DNA of 63,984 nucleotides, filler included, from Olpidium bornovanus S191 (taxonomy: Eukaryota; Fungi; Olpidiomycota), in NCBI GenBank assembly GCA_017911155.1. It is 29 parts of 29 records of this genome, joined end to end, with 100 filler letters (N's around TTAATTAATTAA, not from the genome) between each part and the next. Parts side by side here need not be neighbours in the genome. Positions count along the whole stretch, not along the records: positions 11,291 to 14,001 come from JAEFCI010008544.1; positions 14,102 to 16,270 come from JAEFCI010010296.1; positions 16,371 to 19,991 come from JAEFCI010009702.1; positions 20,092 to 21,614 come from JAEFCI010011815.1; positions 21,715 to 26,105 come from JAEFCI010010188.1; 24 more parts are not named here. One strand, given 5' to 3'. Below are positions 11,291-23,595 of the stretch, in pieces. Position numbers and translations under genes: made by a program. Below the pieces are notes generated by a model. That model worked only from the letters and a program-made list of their open reading frames with translations, had not been told where the DNA came from and ran no database searches. The stretch's first letter is position 1. Every line of letters begins with the position of its first letter.

Positions 11291-13830
11291 CATGCAAAAG
11301 AACCTGCACCACGCCGCGGGCGCCCGGGACCTCGCGAGCGCCGCGCTGACGGACGAGCAGAAAATAACCGTCGGCGAGGCGATGGACGACGCCCGGGTGG
11401 TTGACACCGCCCTCCTGCGCGCCTACCTCAACACCAACGACGCGCTCGTCGGCCCACTTCTCCGGGTGCAAAACAGCTGCGACGTTGAAGAGTGCGAGTC
11501 GCTTCTGCTGAACAAGAAGGTTGACTTCTTCCCTAAACCCCCCCCTTCTTCCCTCCTTCCTCCCCCCTCTCCCCCCCCCCCCCCCCCCCCCCCCCACTCC
11601 CCCCCCACCCCCCCCCCCCCCTCCCCCCTCCCCCCCCCCCCCCCCCCCCCCCCCCCCGGCCTTTCCACTATCCCCGTCTTCCAAAGCAGTGTCCTCCCTT
11701 TCCCACTCCACCCCACTTACCTTCCTCGGAACGCTAAATTTTTCTGTTGTCTCACGGTAGAAATACAGAGAGCTGGTCGACTTTTACTACGGTAAAGGCC
11801 TGCATCGGAAATCTTTGCAGCTTTTAACAAAGTGAGTGCTCGAGAGGATTCTTGCAAAAGTTCCACTCCCGGGAGTTTTACAATCGGGAAGGGGGGGGCG
11901 GGGGGGGGGAAGGACGTGTGCGTGTGCTAATACCGAGCGAATATTTGAGCGCAGGCTCGCCAAGGCGACGGCGGCGGAGGAGTCAACAACGGGCTCCCTG
12001 TTTTCCTCCGGCCCGGATGCGATCATCAATTATTTGCAGCGGCTAAGCGTAGACCACTTCGACCTCATTTTGGAGTTCTCTCCTTGGGTCCTGAAGAACT
12101 TTTTGGAGGCCGGTTTGCAGGTTTGTCAAGATTTTTTTTTGTCGTTTTGTTTTTCTTTGTCGTTTTTTCCTTGCTCCGTTGCTCTTTCGAATAGTCCAAT
12201 TGCTCCCTGACTGGCGACTTCTGTGGGCGTGGGGCACGAGATGTCTGCCGCGTGTTTCGTAACTCCCCTCCTCCCCTTCCCGCATCCCCCCCCCCACACA
12301 CACACACACACACCAGATATTTATAGGCGACTACTCAAGCGCAGAGAGCCTTCCCAGGGAAAAGGTGCTCAGACTACTCGAGCAGGTGTCTGCGGACGGC
12401 AGGCTCGCAATAAGATACCTCGAGCACGCGATATACAGATGGAAAGACGAGGCTCCGGAGTTGCACGGCCGGCTGATCGAGCTGTACCTCGACCTGCTGG
12501 AAGCAGCAGGACCCGGCAACGCGTCGGCGGAAGGGACCCTCGGTGGGACATTTTTATTTTATTTTTTTCGTTTCGTTGTTTTTTTTTTCTTACTTCGGCT
12601 TTCCGTGTGTCCGAAAAAGAAAGAGGTCTATTTACAATTTCTCGTCTGACGGATCCCTAATTCCGCCTGGAATTCTGACTGGGGTTGGCGGTCGGGGGGG
12701 GGGGGCCCAGAAACGCGGACAAAGCTGCTCAAGCATCTCACGGAGTCGACGTCATACAAGCCGGAACGGGTGCTATCTAGATTGCCGATGGAAGGTAGAA
12801 CGGTGGGGGGATAAGGTTCGCGAGCGGAACGCGAGGTAGGGGTGGTGGGGTAAGGGGGAATATGGAGTGAATCCCTTCTTTTGAAACTCCTGCAACCTAC
12901 AGGAATGTATGAAGAGCGGGCCATTCTCCTCGGGCGCTTAGGGCAACACGAGCAGGCTCTGCACATATACGTGCACAAGATAAAGGACGAAAACAGGGTG
13001 GAGGAGTACGTTTTTTTTTTTTTTTTTTTTTTTTTCTGCGGTGGAGTTTGTTGTTCTGTATGCGCCACGCGCTCGAGCGTCGAACGCCTTACGCCGCTTG
13101 TCGTCGACAAACTCATCCAGGTACTGCCGTCGACACCAGGGATCTTGCGAGAACGTGTATCTTCTACTCCTGCGGGTATATTTGGCTGCGCCACAAGGAA
13201 TCTCGGCTCGGTTGGAGAGCGCGCTGGCGCTTCTGACGAAATACGGCGCCCACATCTCGGCTTCGGAAGTACGTGGCGCGACCGCGGCATTCATCGCGAA
13301 GCCAGTTTCCAGAGAGCGGAACGGCGGGAAGTGTTTTGACGCCGGGCCTGCTGCGGGGTTCGTCTGTTACCGCTTGTAAAAAAAAAAAAAAAAAAAAAAC
13401 AAAAAAAAACCGAAAGGTTCTCGAGCTGATGCCGCCAACAGTGGAGATGAGCCGTTTGAAGGATTATTTCACGAAATACGTGAGGAAATCCGTCAGCGAC
13501 CAGAGAATGGCGTCCGTGGTCAAGAATTTGTGGGAATCCGAGCAGCTCAAAGTACGTGGCGAGTGCCGTCTCTTGTCATTAGATCGCCGGTTCCTTGGGG
13601 TGCTGAATTTCTTTCCCTTCCCGGGGGAGGGGGAAAAAAACACTTCCCTTTTCCGAACCATCGTTCCGGCCAGGTTCATTCCCAGCTCGTTTACTACCGG
13701 TCACGACGCGTCCGGATCACAGAAGATCGGATGTGCCCCCGGTGTAACAAGAAGATCGGGAATAGGTATTCAAAAAATGCGCGGGAATTTTTCTTTTGGC
13801 AGCGCGTTTCTCGCGCAATTTGGGCGCAGT
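11291..13830 (+). CDS. VPS39: Vps39/Vam6 HOPS tethering subunit, 5'-truncated, multi-intron
   Basis: VDTALLRAYL..LVGPLLRVQNSC; ELVDFYYGKGLHRKSL; IINYLQRL..DLILEFSPWVL; YEERAILLGRLGQHEQALHIYV; C-terminal zinc finger VRITEDRMCPRCNKKIGN. Confidence 0.9.
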
Positions 13831-13899
13831 GCGACGCTTTTTTTTTTTTTTTTTTTTTTTTTTTTTCCCCCGGTGGGAAAACCCCTAAAATTTCCCCCG

Positions 13900-13982
<83 letters not shown>

Positions 13983-14154
13983 CCCCCCCCCCCCCGCGCC
14001 GNNNNNNNNNNNNNNNNNNNNNNNNNNNNNNNNNNNNNNNNNNNNTTAATTAATTAANNNNNNNNNNNNNNNNNNNNNNNNNNNNNNNNNNNNNNNNNNN
14101 NCATGAATATTTTGCATTGCAATACAAAAAGATGAAGATTTTGCATTTCAAGAC

Positions 14155-15604
14155 TTACAAAGCAGTTGTTGGCGGCGCAATAACATCATAATCGTCCGCG
14201 TCCATATCGCCCAAATCTGCCGCGTCTTCATCATTTGTGTGCTCATTAATAGGGCCTGTCCTCGCGTTCACAGAAAGCTCCAGTGGCAAATCATAATTTC
14301 CAAATTCCGGCTCTTCGTACGGAAGTTCGTCGGCGTCGAGGCCCTGGGCTTCCAAAGCCAGTAGAGTACTCCCAAGAACGGTGGCACCGATCTCATCGAT
14401 TGACGTGGGCGTATGCGGACCCGCTATGGAAACGGGCTTAAGAAGCTGTGCAGGAAAGTCTACAAAGACCAACAATTCAAAATAGAAGGTAGGCACGTAC
14501 TGCTAGAGCAGATTGGGCAGATCCGTGAAAGGTTCTTGTCGCCTTTTAAAACGCGGTAACATTGTTCTGTTGACGCAGCCTAAAGGGTTAGCGTGCGGGT
14601 TGACGGGGGGACAAATAGAAAATTTTAGAAGGAAGAAAAAGAAAATGGGAAATGGGTAAAGGGAAAAGGGAAAAGGGAAAAAGAAAAAAATGTGAAAAGG
14701 TGATTGAAAAGGGGGAAAGGGAAAAGAAAAGGGAAAAACGAAAAGGAGAAAGAGAAAAGGTAAAAACGGAAACGGACAAGAAAAAAAGGAAAAGTAAAAA
14801 TGAAACGAGAAATGGGAAATGGAGGGAAAAAAGGAAAGGGAAAAGGGAAAGGAAAAGGGAAAAGGAGAAAAGGAGGGAAAAGGGAAAAGAAAAAAAGGAA
14901 AACGCGAAAGGAAAACTGAAAAGAAAAAATTGACAGAGGAAAAAAGAAAAAAGAAAAAACGCAAAAGGCAAAAGGAAAAAAAAAACAAAAGGAAAAAGGG
15001 AAACAGGGGGCAAAAAACCGAAAAACAAAAGATAAAAAACAAAAAGAATAAACCAAAAAAACAAATTAAACAAAAACCGAAAACCAAAAAAAGAGATACC
15101 AAAGAACGAAAAAACCAAAAAACAACTTAAAGGCCAAAAAAAGGAAAATAAAAAACTGTCGCACCGGGCGGGTTGCGCGTCCGCCAAAGGCAACCGCCGC
15201 ACGCGCCCCATTCCCTCCCCATCCGGCTCACCGTGAACGGCGTGGCCGCAGGAAAGGATCCGCACCGATTTGAAAGTCAAGTGAAACAGGCAGATTGAGC
15301 ATTCGAGCTCCATCAGCAATGCCGTCCCTTTGAGATCCGCGACGGCGTCGAAAACGTTGCGTTCCTTGAAGTTCATGGCGCGCGCGGGTTCCTCTTCCCG
15401 GATTTTCCAGAAATTCGCGACGAGATCTCGCATGCGCGGAGCGGCGAAGTCCACCTCGAAGCCGTCCTGGCCGTGGTAGTAATTTACGCCGGTTTCTAAA
15501 TGCAAGGGATACGTCCGTCGACCGCCCGTCTGGGCGCCGGTCAGGCCGGCGAGCGTGGCGGCGGCGAGCGCCGCGGCGGCGAACGCGGCACGGACGGGCG
15601 CCAT
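14155..15604 (-). CDS. RING-H2 protein with an N-terminal signal peptide or anchor and no other TM segment, about 247 aa, 3 exons
   Basis: Exons 15604-15232, 14566-14501 and 14459-14155 (all phase 1) rebuild C-SI-C-LFHLTFKSVRILS-C-G-H-AV-H-EQ-C-YRVLKGDKNLSRI-C-PI-C. The N-terminus is MAPVRAAFAAAALAAATLAGLTGA|QT and the C-terminal tail is acidic. Confidence 0.75.
14620..15160. repeat. A/G-rich low-complexity tract (polypyrimidine on the sense strand) filling intron 1 of the RING gene
   Basis: About 540 nt almost entirely of AAAAG/GGAAA-type units on the + strand. Confidence 0.85.
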
Positions 15605-18059
15605 GAGGCGGAGGCCGGAAGAGCAAGCGGCAGGCAGGACGGGACGAGGACGGCAAAAGGCGCGGCGGCGTTCCTGCTGTTGCTGGTGTTCACGTGATGC
15701 GGGCGCGGCCAAACTGTTCGCCCGCGGTCCTGCGAAAAACGGGACTGCGGGCGGAACCTTGTCGCTTCAACTCCCTTTCAGTTTTTGGTGCGGGCATTGC
15801 GATGCGCTCTGCGGGTCACGTGGTCCGCTGCGCGCGCCATTCCTGCGTGGCGCCGTCTTCCTCCCTCCCCGCGCGCGCGCAGAACAGCAGACAAAGGAAA
15901 GACGCGGAGGAAGGGAAGAAGAAAGTCGGGAAGAAGAAGAAGGAGCGAAACCGCAGCAGTTTTGGAGCCAGAAGGAGGAATACGAACGTGAAGACGTAGA
16001 GGCGGAAGGGCGACAAGATGGGAACGCAGAGTCGAGGAAATTTTCGACGGGGCTCCCGTGGAGGAGCCGTATGTATCTACACGATTTCCGTGCAGCCTGT
16101 TCTGGGACGGGGGCCATAGCGGGAGCTCCCGGGGTGTATGCTGGGTGCCCGCAGTGCCCGCCGCGCGAATGTACTTGGGATGCAGCCTGAGCGGCCAAAG
16201 TGTATTCGAGCTCATCCCCGCCAGGCCCCTTTAATATGGCTGCTGGACTGGAAAGGATTCTACGGCCATGNNNNNNNNNNNNNNNNNNNNNNNNNNNNNN
16301 NNNNNNNNNNNNNNTTAATTAATTAANNNNNNNNNNNNNNNNNNNNNNNNNNNNNNNNNNNNNNNNNNNNACATGCTACAACCTCAAAACCGTTGTCCGC
16401 TGTTTATATCCCATCCCATATTACGCCTGCATCTTATTCTGAATTTTATTGGTCCCCACTCGTAAAGGGCGTGTCCCTTTCTGGGCTGAAATGCACCGGT
16501 CAGATTTTTCAAATGAACCAGATTTTTTGGAAACACGCTTCTTCTGTAGCCTGCTAATTCTGATTGGATTACGCCTGAACATCAGCCAGGGGGATTCAGA
16601 TTCTTCAGGTGGCGGGATGCCGTAGTTAGCGACTTTGCCTGGTAGATTAGGTGACCCGTACACTTTAGAGGAGCTCGCGTCCTTCTCCCATTCCCCCAGC
16701 TCACGGTGCACAATGAACAAAACAAACGCGACACGGGAAGCAGGTGATAAACGAGGGATATGTACAGGGGTGGCTCTGATTTGCCACAATTGTTTGGAAT
16801 GCTTTGTCACTCAGTTTTTCCTTTATATTTATTTTGGTTTCGGTTGGTCTGTGCGGTCGTATATACGCTAGCCGTAGCAGCCTTTACATGGAGTCGTATG
16901 GAGTTGTGAAAGGGCGGGGGGTTTTCCCGTGGGCTGGCCGCCGCGGCTGTGGGTTTGCTGACAAGGGGATTCAGATGCAGCGTTCAGGAATGGCAGTGCG
17001 TCAAGACCTGAACAGCTGCGTTTATCCTGCTTTAAGATTTCTTCAGGAACGTTCAGTTTAAAGTTGGCCAGTATGTTTTGGCCTTCGGGCACTTTTATTA
17101 ACCATTATGGTGTTGGTTTTGGTTTGCGTTATCTTTATTCTGTGGGACGTTGAGCTCGTATTTTTCGTACAACACAATGTGGTGCATACTGACGCCCCTC
17201 TCAAGCGGCGTATATAAGAAAATGTCGCAAAAAACACATTTTGTATTAGGGAAGAGATGTGGAAAAAGAGGAAAATCTAGTTGTCAGCAACCATAAGTGA
17301 AATGCCGACGACGAGATTCTGGCTGGTGATATTGAAAAAGAGTGAGAGACGTCCAAAAGGAAATTGAAGTGTAACAAGTGAATGATGAAAATCTGCGCAG
17401 AGCAGGAGATGCTGTGTTTACTGTTCTAGCTCTGACTCTGGATTGTGTCGGGATCTGGGATCTGGATCTGAAAAAAGGGGCATATTCTAGAATACACGAT
17501 GGTGACGCGCGCTATATACGCACGGTCCGATGCCAAAGCGTGGACGTGATACGGGCGGTTTTAGGTAGGGTGTCCACGCAGCGTGTGCCGGACCTTGGGG
17601 CCTGGTACCAGCTGCGGCTTCGGAAAATATTTCGAGGGGCGTAGCGCAAGGAAAAATTCTCTGAGAATACGGCGGTGGTGTCCCCAAATCGTCAGTTGGT
17701 TGTTGACGACAACGTTCGTTAAAACCGTGGTCATGTTAACCGCTGTGACGCATGTGACTGGCGCTGTTCCCGCCCCCCTTGCTGCTGTGTGCGCAGGAAA
17801 GCAGAGAGGCGGCCAGAGAATGAGTGAAACGCGGCAGGCAAATCCGCGTTCACATAAGCGAGAGACGACAGGTCAGTTCATCCTGGTACTGAGCCTGGAT
17901 ATTCTCCGTCGGGTGGAACTCGCCGAGACAAAAGCCGATTTGTGGGTTAGAAGCCTGCTAAGGCGGCGCGGGGACGTGAGAAGCAGTGGACGCCGTAGCA
18001 CCACTGCTAATAGTAGACAAATCTGTGAGACAACTCTGGGGGCATGGTCAAACGTGGAA

Positions 18060-18485
18060 AAGTGAGGATTGCAACGCGTAAAAAGGGGACGCGGTTAAGC
18101 GCTGAGGTGGTGATGCAGTCCAAAGAGGAATCGGTCGCTGCAGGGAGCACCGCGTGGCTGCGAGGAGGACGCTGCACGGTTAAGAGCATAGTGGCGCGGT
18201 TGCGAGGATGGCGGCACGGTCGTGAGGAGGATGCCGAGCAGTTGTGAGGATTGCGGCGACGCGGTGCGAGGAAGGGGACGGCAACGCCGAGCCGAGGATT
18301 GCGACGGCGTGAGCCGGAGATGGCCGAGGCTGTAGTAGACGGCGCGAGCCTGCGAGCCCTGGAAGACGGCCGAGTCGGTGGAAACGGGCGTCGCCGGTGG
18401 AGACGGCCGAGACGGTGCGAGCCGGTGGTGACGGCCGAGCCGGCGGGGACGGCCGAGCCGGGGAAGGCGGCGTGAGCCGGCGGAG
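18060..18485. repeat. Degenerate GC-rich minisatellite
   Basis: Recurrent GACGGCCGAG, GAGGATTGC, TGCGAGGA and GGCGTGAGCCGG units at irregular spacing. Confidence 0.55.
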
Positions 18486-19149
18486 GGCCAGAGGAGTCGG
18501 GATGGGCTCATAGCCTGTTGGTTTCGGTTTGCGCCATCTCTCTTATTCTGGTGCGGAAGGCCGAGCTCGTATTTTACGCACAGCACAACAGGGTGGGTGG
18601 TGTCTGCCGGTATGCGGGAACCCCGCAGCTCACCCCGCTGTTCCCCCCTCCCCCCATTTGTCCCATTTGAGGCGCGTAACGAATGCACTGGAACTCTCGT
18701 CGGGAAGTCTGCAGATGGTCAACGAAAGGCGCAAGGTCACCGGGCGATTCCTTCCTGTCATGCCCATCCCTCCAGCCAATGGGCGCCCTGGAAGGGAAAT
18801 GACTAAGTTTGCTGGAAACATGGGACCTGTGTGTGGGGTGAGCAGCGAGGAGTTACAGGGCTGAGCTGCATCGCACGGGTGGTGCTTGGAACGGACCGTG
18901 TCTGTATCCCACAGTAACAAAAAATGTCCCGCGGCTCACTGGTATTGGCGCTTTTCAGATATTTAGTGTCCCATATGGCCGGGTGATGTCGAAATTGGCC
19001 TGACCGGCCTGGCCGGCCTGCTGTTTCCCCGACATCTGTTGTGGCCCCGGTGCCCGCTGGTTCGGTGCCCCCGACTCTTCCCTCGTCAGGAGCCCGGTGG
19101 TCCTGGCACCCGGCTAGGTGGCACGCACTACAGTCCCATACCTCTCTGC

Positions 19150-19580
19150 CGTCCACACCGTCGTTATTCAGTTTGGACACCAACCCACTCTGCTGATTAT
19201 GGGTCCGATTGGAGGGATACGCCGCTGTTCAGAGCGTCTCGGCCCAGAACTCCGTGGGCCATTGAGAAACTTCAGTAGGGCGCGTACACGCCAGCGAGGG
19301 TGCGGCTGTTCTCTCTGCCAACCTGTTTTTGTGGGCATTGTCCCGGACAGCCGTGTAATGTCGGGACCCCACCACTGAAAATCCCGCTCCCACTCCTTAT
19401 TGCAGTACTTACCACTTCCGCCTTATGCGCTTACCATCTGCCTTCTGTTCTGCTGCGTACACGATGTGTTAAAATTCCCACAGAACTGATGTGGATCCCT
19501 CCACAGCAGGCAAGAACAAGGACATAAGCTGTGAATTTCTGTGTTCCGTCACACTGAGGAAATGCATCAGATTTTCAAAA
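19150..19580 (-). mobile_element. Decayed Ty1/Copia LTR-retrotransposon integrase remnant (frameshifts and stops)
   Basis: Across shifting frames: HFLSVTEH..; AEQKADGKRIR; GKYCNKEW; GSRHYTAVRDNAHKNRLAER; NSRTL; WPTEFWAETL*TAAYPSNRT..REVW. These match the Copia integrase consensus (GIxHxxTxPYTPQQNGVAERxNRTL..LPxxFWAEAVxTAxYLxNRxP..PYEVW). Confidence 0.7.
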
Positions 19581-20175
19581 AACAAGCACTTTCCTGCAGC
19601 CCCGCTTCCTTCTCGAAGGGCGTAAGGCAGATCGGTCTGCGCTAGGTATTGCTCCTGCTCCCTCTGCTCGGCGGCCCCCTCGAACAGCGCGGCTCATCTC
19701 TTCGTGACGCCGACGGATCCGGCTCCTTCTGGGCTGAGCGCGCCAATTTCCGATCGGCGCGCGGCTCTCCTAATGTGACAACGAATAATGATTTCCCGAG
19801 CTTGACGCGTGGCGTGGCGCTGACGGACGGCTCCTCGTTGCTCCTTCTGCGCTACGGCTTTTCTGCGCCGCATGGCAGACGGTTCGGGGTGACAGTTAAG
19901 GCTCAAGGAGAGAGGGGAAACCCACGCGGAGCAGCCTGTTAAGGATAGGGAGGTGAACAAAGCAATCGGGTCACGTGATCCGACGAGGGTANNNNNNNNN
20001 NNNNNNNNNNNNNNNNNNNNNNNNNNNNNNNNNNNTTAATTAATTAANNNNNNNNNNNNNNNNNNNNNNNNNNNNNNNNNNNNNNNNNNNNCCCCACGCA
20101 CGCAACCACACTACCAACACTCCGTTTCGAGTCGAAACAGCTCCATGGCGGTCACAATTCCAACCATGACACACC

Positions 20176-20400
20176 CTAACCTCTAACCCTAACCCTCCAA
20201 CCATAGCTCTTCACAGCATTCCCTTTCTTTTTCTTCACGTGAACTGCGATGCCGTGACGTACGGAGAACCCAGCGCGGCGGGCAAAGGCGGTGTACACCT
20301 CAAATACTTCCTCCAACGATGAGTAGCGTTGTTTGAGGGCCAGAACAGCCTCAACCGGTGTTGCAGGCTCTGGGGTATGGTTTTCGGTTTCTGTGGGCTC
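20176..20400 (-). mobile_element. FAR1-type (Mutator/MULE-derived) DNA-binding domain fragment
   Basis: RYSSLEEVFEVYTAFARRAGFSVRHG resembles the FAR1 consensus FxSxEEAYxFYxxYAxxxGFSVR. The contig ends before any DDE domain could be seen. Confidence 0.5.
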
Positions 20401-21519
20401 TGGAAACGCAACTTCTTTTTTTTTGCTGGCGGAGCAGCCGTGGGGGGCCCCCCGGCCCCGGTTTCGGCGGACGCACCGGCCCCGCGCGGATAGACAGGCG
20501 GCGCATGTACTTTTTGCGTGTTTTCGAGGGGGGGAGGGAAGAGGGTTGGCCGCTTGTCTGTCGCGGAAAAGCATTTTGGAGCGAGGGTATAGGGTCTGTG
20601 CGGTACGATTGCCCCGTACGTGCGCGGGTCGTTTTCGGGGATTGGTTTTGCGACACTCCCCGTGCGTTCGGCAGTCGAGTTTGTCAGCTCCCGGGTGTTT
20701 GTGTTTGAAGTCTGTTAGCGATGTGTTGTATTTGAATTCCACAGTCGACCGCCCCGACAGGCGGTTGACGGCTGACTTGACGGCGGTCGGCCCATGGTGG
20801 CCATGTTTGGTGCGGTCTCGCTGCTCGCAAGCCGAGCGAGTTGACATTGGGGGAAGGGTGTCCGCGTAGCGCGTAGCAGAGGAGGGGCGTCCGAGTCGTC
20901 GTTGCCCTACATCATATTTCGGAAAGACGTTCCCAGATTTAATCTAACCCGCGGCCGTTAGAAGGAGAACGGCGGTGATTTTTGCTGTCACCGCTAGGAA
21001 AAAGAATAAAATAAAAATAAAAAAAGGGAAGGCGGCGGACGGCCTCGTTCGCACGCGGGCGGGGGGAGGGGGAAGGGCCAAGGCACGGACGTTTGGCACG
21101 CAGCGCAGACACCCCTTCGCCAAAACCCGCCAAAAAAAAATTTTAAAAAATTGCGGGAAATGCGTTTTTCAGTTCGGGCGAAGGGGTCGGGGCAGAAGGG
21201 GCGGAAGGGGTTCGGCGCGTGAAAAGGGGTTCGATTTTTTTTCAAATTTTTTCTTTTGATTTTTTTTTTTTTTTTTTTTGTTTTTTTTTTTTTTTTTTTT
21301 TTTTGGCGGGCTCTTTCCGGAATTGCTGAGAATGTGATTATTTTCTTGTTTTTGATGATGGCGACGACGGTTCGTGATGGCGGCGGGGATGATGACGGCG
21401 GGGGGGGGAGAAGACGGGGGGGTGTGGGTTTGGGGGCCGGGTGGGTGGGGGGCGTCCGGTAAAAATGCGTGTATGCGTGCGCGTGTGCCGGCGTGCGTGG
21501 CTTTGCTTGTTTTTTTTCC

Positions 21520-21561
<42 letters not shown>

Positions 21562-21714
21562 TATTGACGACGAGACTCTCTTTTCTCTTTTCTCTCACGG
21601 AGGGGACAAAAAGANNNNNNNNNNNNNNNNNNNNNNNNNNNNNNNNNNNNNNNNNNNNTTAATTAATTAANNNNNNNNNNNNNNNNNNNNNNNNNNNNNN
21701 NNNNNNNNNNNNNN

Positions 21715-23595
21715 CATGATTTCTCTTTACGCGCAAAACATCCCGACCGGCCTTACCAATGTAACCTCGCTCGGTTTTCAAAGTTACGGACTTAACAACT
21801 TTTCGTCTTATACGTCTCTTCGGTCCCACTCCACCATCCATGGTGTGCGCTTCTTGCTCCGCGGCAAGTGCGGCTTCCACGGACGCTGCTGAATGTGGGG
21901 ACGTGCTCGTCAATATTTCCGGTAAAGCGAGGAAGCAAGAGAAATTGTGCGTACCTTCTTCGTTCTCCGCTTGCTCAAGCCCCGCAATGACCTCTGCTCG
22001 CCGCGCAGCCTGTTGGGCTGCCTCATTTTCCTCCTGTGCATCCACGTCCCCGAGCGGCATGTCGTCCATCTCCTTGGCAGCGCGCACGCTCTCCAGAGTT
22101 AGTCTCCTGTCACGCTCCTCCTCATCTGTGCCCGATGTATCGTTGTCAGACTCCGCCGTGCTGTGACGGCGTCGGAAGCAATGTATGCAGGTGAACACGT
22201 AATTTATCGTTAATTGTAGAACATAAAATGCATACAATACGATTCCCACTCACGCATCCTTTTCGAGGATCTTCGGTTTGGCCGGCGCTTGCTTAGTCTT
22301 GGCTCTTGGCTTCCCAAAAAACGTCTCGGATATTCTTGAACCGTTACCAGACGTCGCCGGCTCTCTGGCCGTTTTCCTCCGCGTAAAGCCTGCACTCGTG
22401 GATCGCTTCGACAACGAAGCGGAGATGCTCGACGCCGCAGACTCCGAGGACTTAGACCGGGTTGGGACGGCATGCACCGGCGGTTTCTCTAAAAAGGAGT
22501 TATTCTCCGACGTCGTGGCCTTTGCAAACGATGCCTTGCTCTCAGGCGGCGCCGCAGCTAAACTGTCGTTACGCTTTTCGCGCTCAACAAAACAAATTTT
22601 CGTGTTCTTGATTATGCCGTATCTGCAAAAAGCAGACAAGTTAGGCGAGTGCAGAAATAGTCCCGATCCAAGGAGGCCGCAACACTGGGTATAAGAGGAA
22701 TTCATGCGCACTTCGCTGTCGCGGTGTTCTCGCTTACGGCCAGGTCTACGTTGGCGGCAGTAACAACATCAGGATCCTGCCACGACGAAAGAGCCGCTAA
22801 ACAGATGGGTACGCTTCACATGACGCCCTTCCCAAAGCCGCATTCGCGTTCTCAGATATATCCGGCCCCCGCAAACCTTGGGTCTCCCAATACCAACGCT
22901 GTAAACGTGAATGCCGGTCAGGGTTGTAAAACTGGCCTTGGCAGACTCGAGCACGTCCGCCGCTGCCAGCAGGATCACAAACTCTGTTGCAACTTCGCCT
23001 GCATGGGGATCAACTTGTGCGTCGTCCGGCGTGCGCTCCTTTCCCTTATCCGGTCTTCTGTACCCCGTCAGGCAATACGTAGCCTGGGCTCTCGTTATTA
23101 CGCCCAGCGGTGGGTCAGTTACTAAAAACTCGAAGAGCATCCTGCGATTCCGCTATGTGCGATCAGCCCAGACAGCAAAAACGGCAACGCGGAAAGTCGC
23201 GATTTTGGTGCATTCAAGTTGGAATCCATCGAAATGGCGAACCCGGGAGACGATCGACCGCAGGGCACACGTACTGCTTCGCGAAGTTTACGTGAACGCC
23301 CAAGTGGCGGCTCAACGTCCGGTAAGTGACCTGAGTTCGTGATTTGGACACACGCAGTAGAAGCCCGTCAGGTAGCCGGTCCCCGGGGAGCGGCACGCAA
23401 ATTAAAAACAGCGGCATGGCAGAAGGCTGCACAGCAAAAGACGCGTCTTTTTGTTGTTTTGGCAGGACGCCGCATCGCCGGCCGATTCCACTTTCCACCG
23501 ACGATCATCCCTCGTCCGAGCCCTCCTTGCAAGCGCGCCCTCACCGTCTTCTGGTCTTGGTACACGAGCTCGTTCAAAACGGTGAGGTAGTCCAT
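21715..23595 (-). CDS. POLD3: DNA polymerase delta subunit 3 (POLD3/Cdc27/Pol32), 3'-truncated
   Basis: MDYLTVLNELVYQDQKT/VTYRTLSRHLGVHVNFAKQ/MLFEF..QATYCLTG..IHVYSV and C-terminal KRRIRRKVVKSVTLKTERGYI match remembered POLD3 motifs (IVTYKWLSYTLGVHVNQAKQMLYDY; IHVYSI; KVLKSKTYLDEEGCI). Confidence 0.88.

Noticed and set aside
16421-17092. Minus-strand ORFs as a transposase or Crinkler-like effector
   Set aside because: Broken by stops, with no recognisable DDE or CRN motif.
20174-20196. CCCTAA telomere-like repeats
   Set aside because: Only about 3.5 imperfect units inside an ORF or intron and not at a contig end, so compatible with chance.
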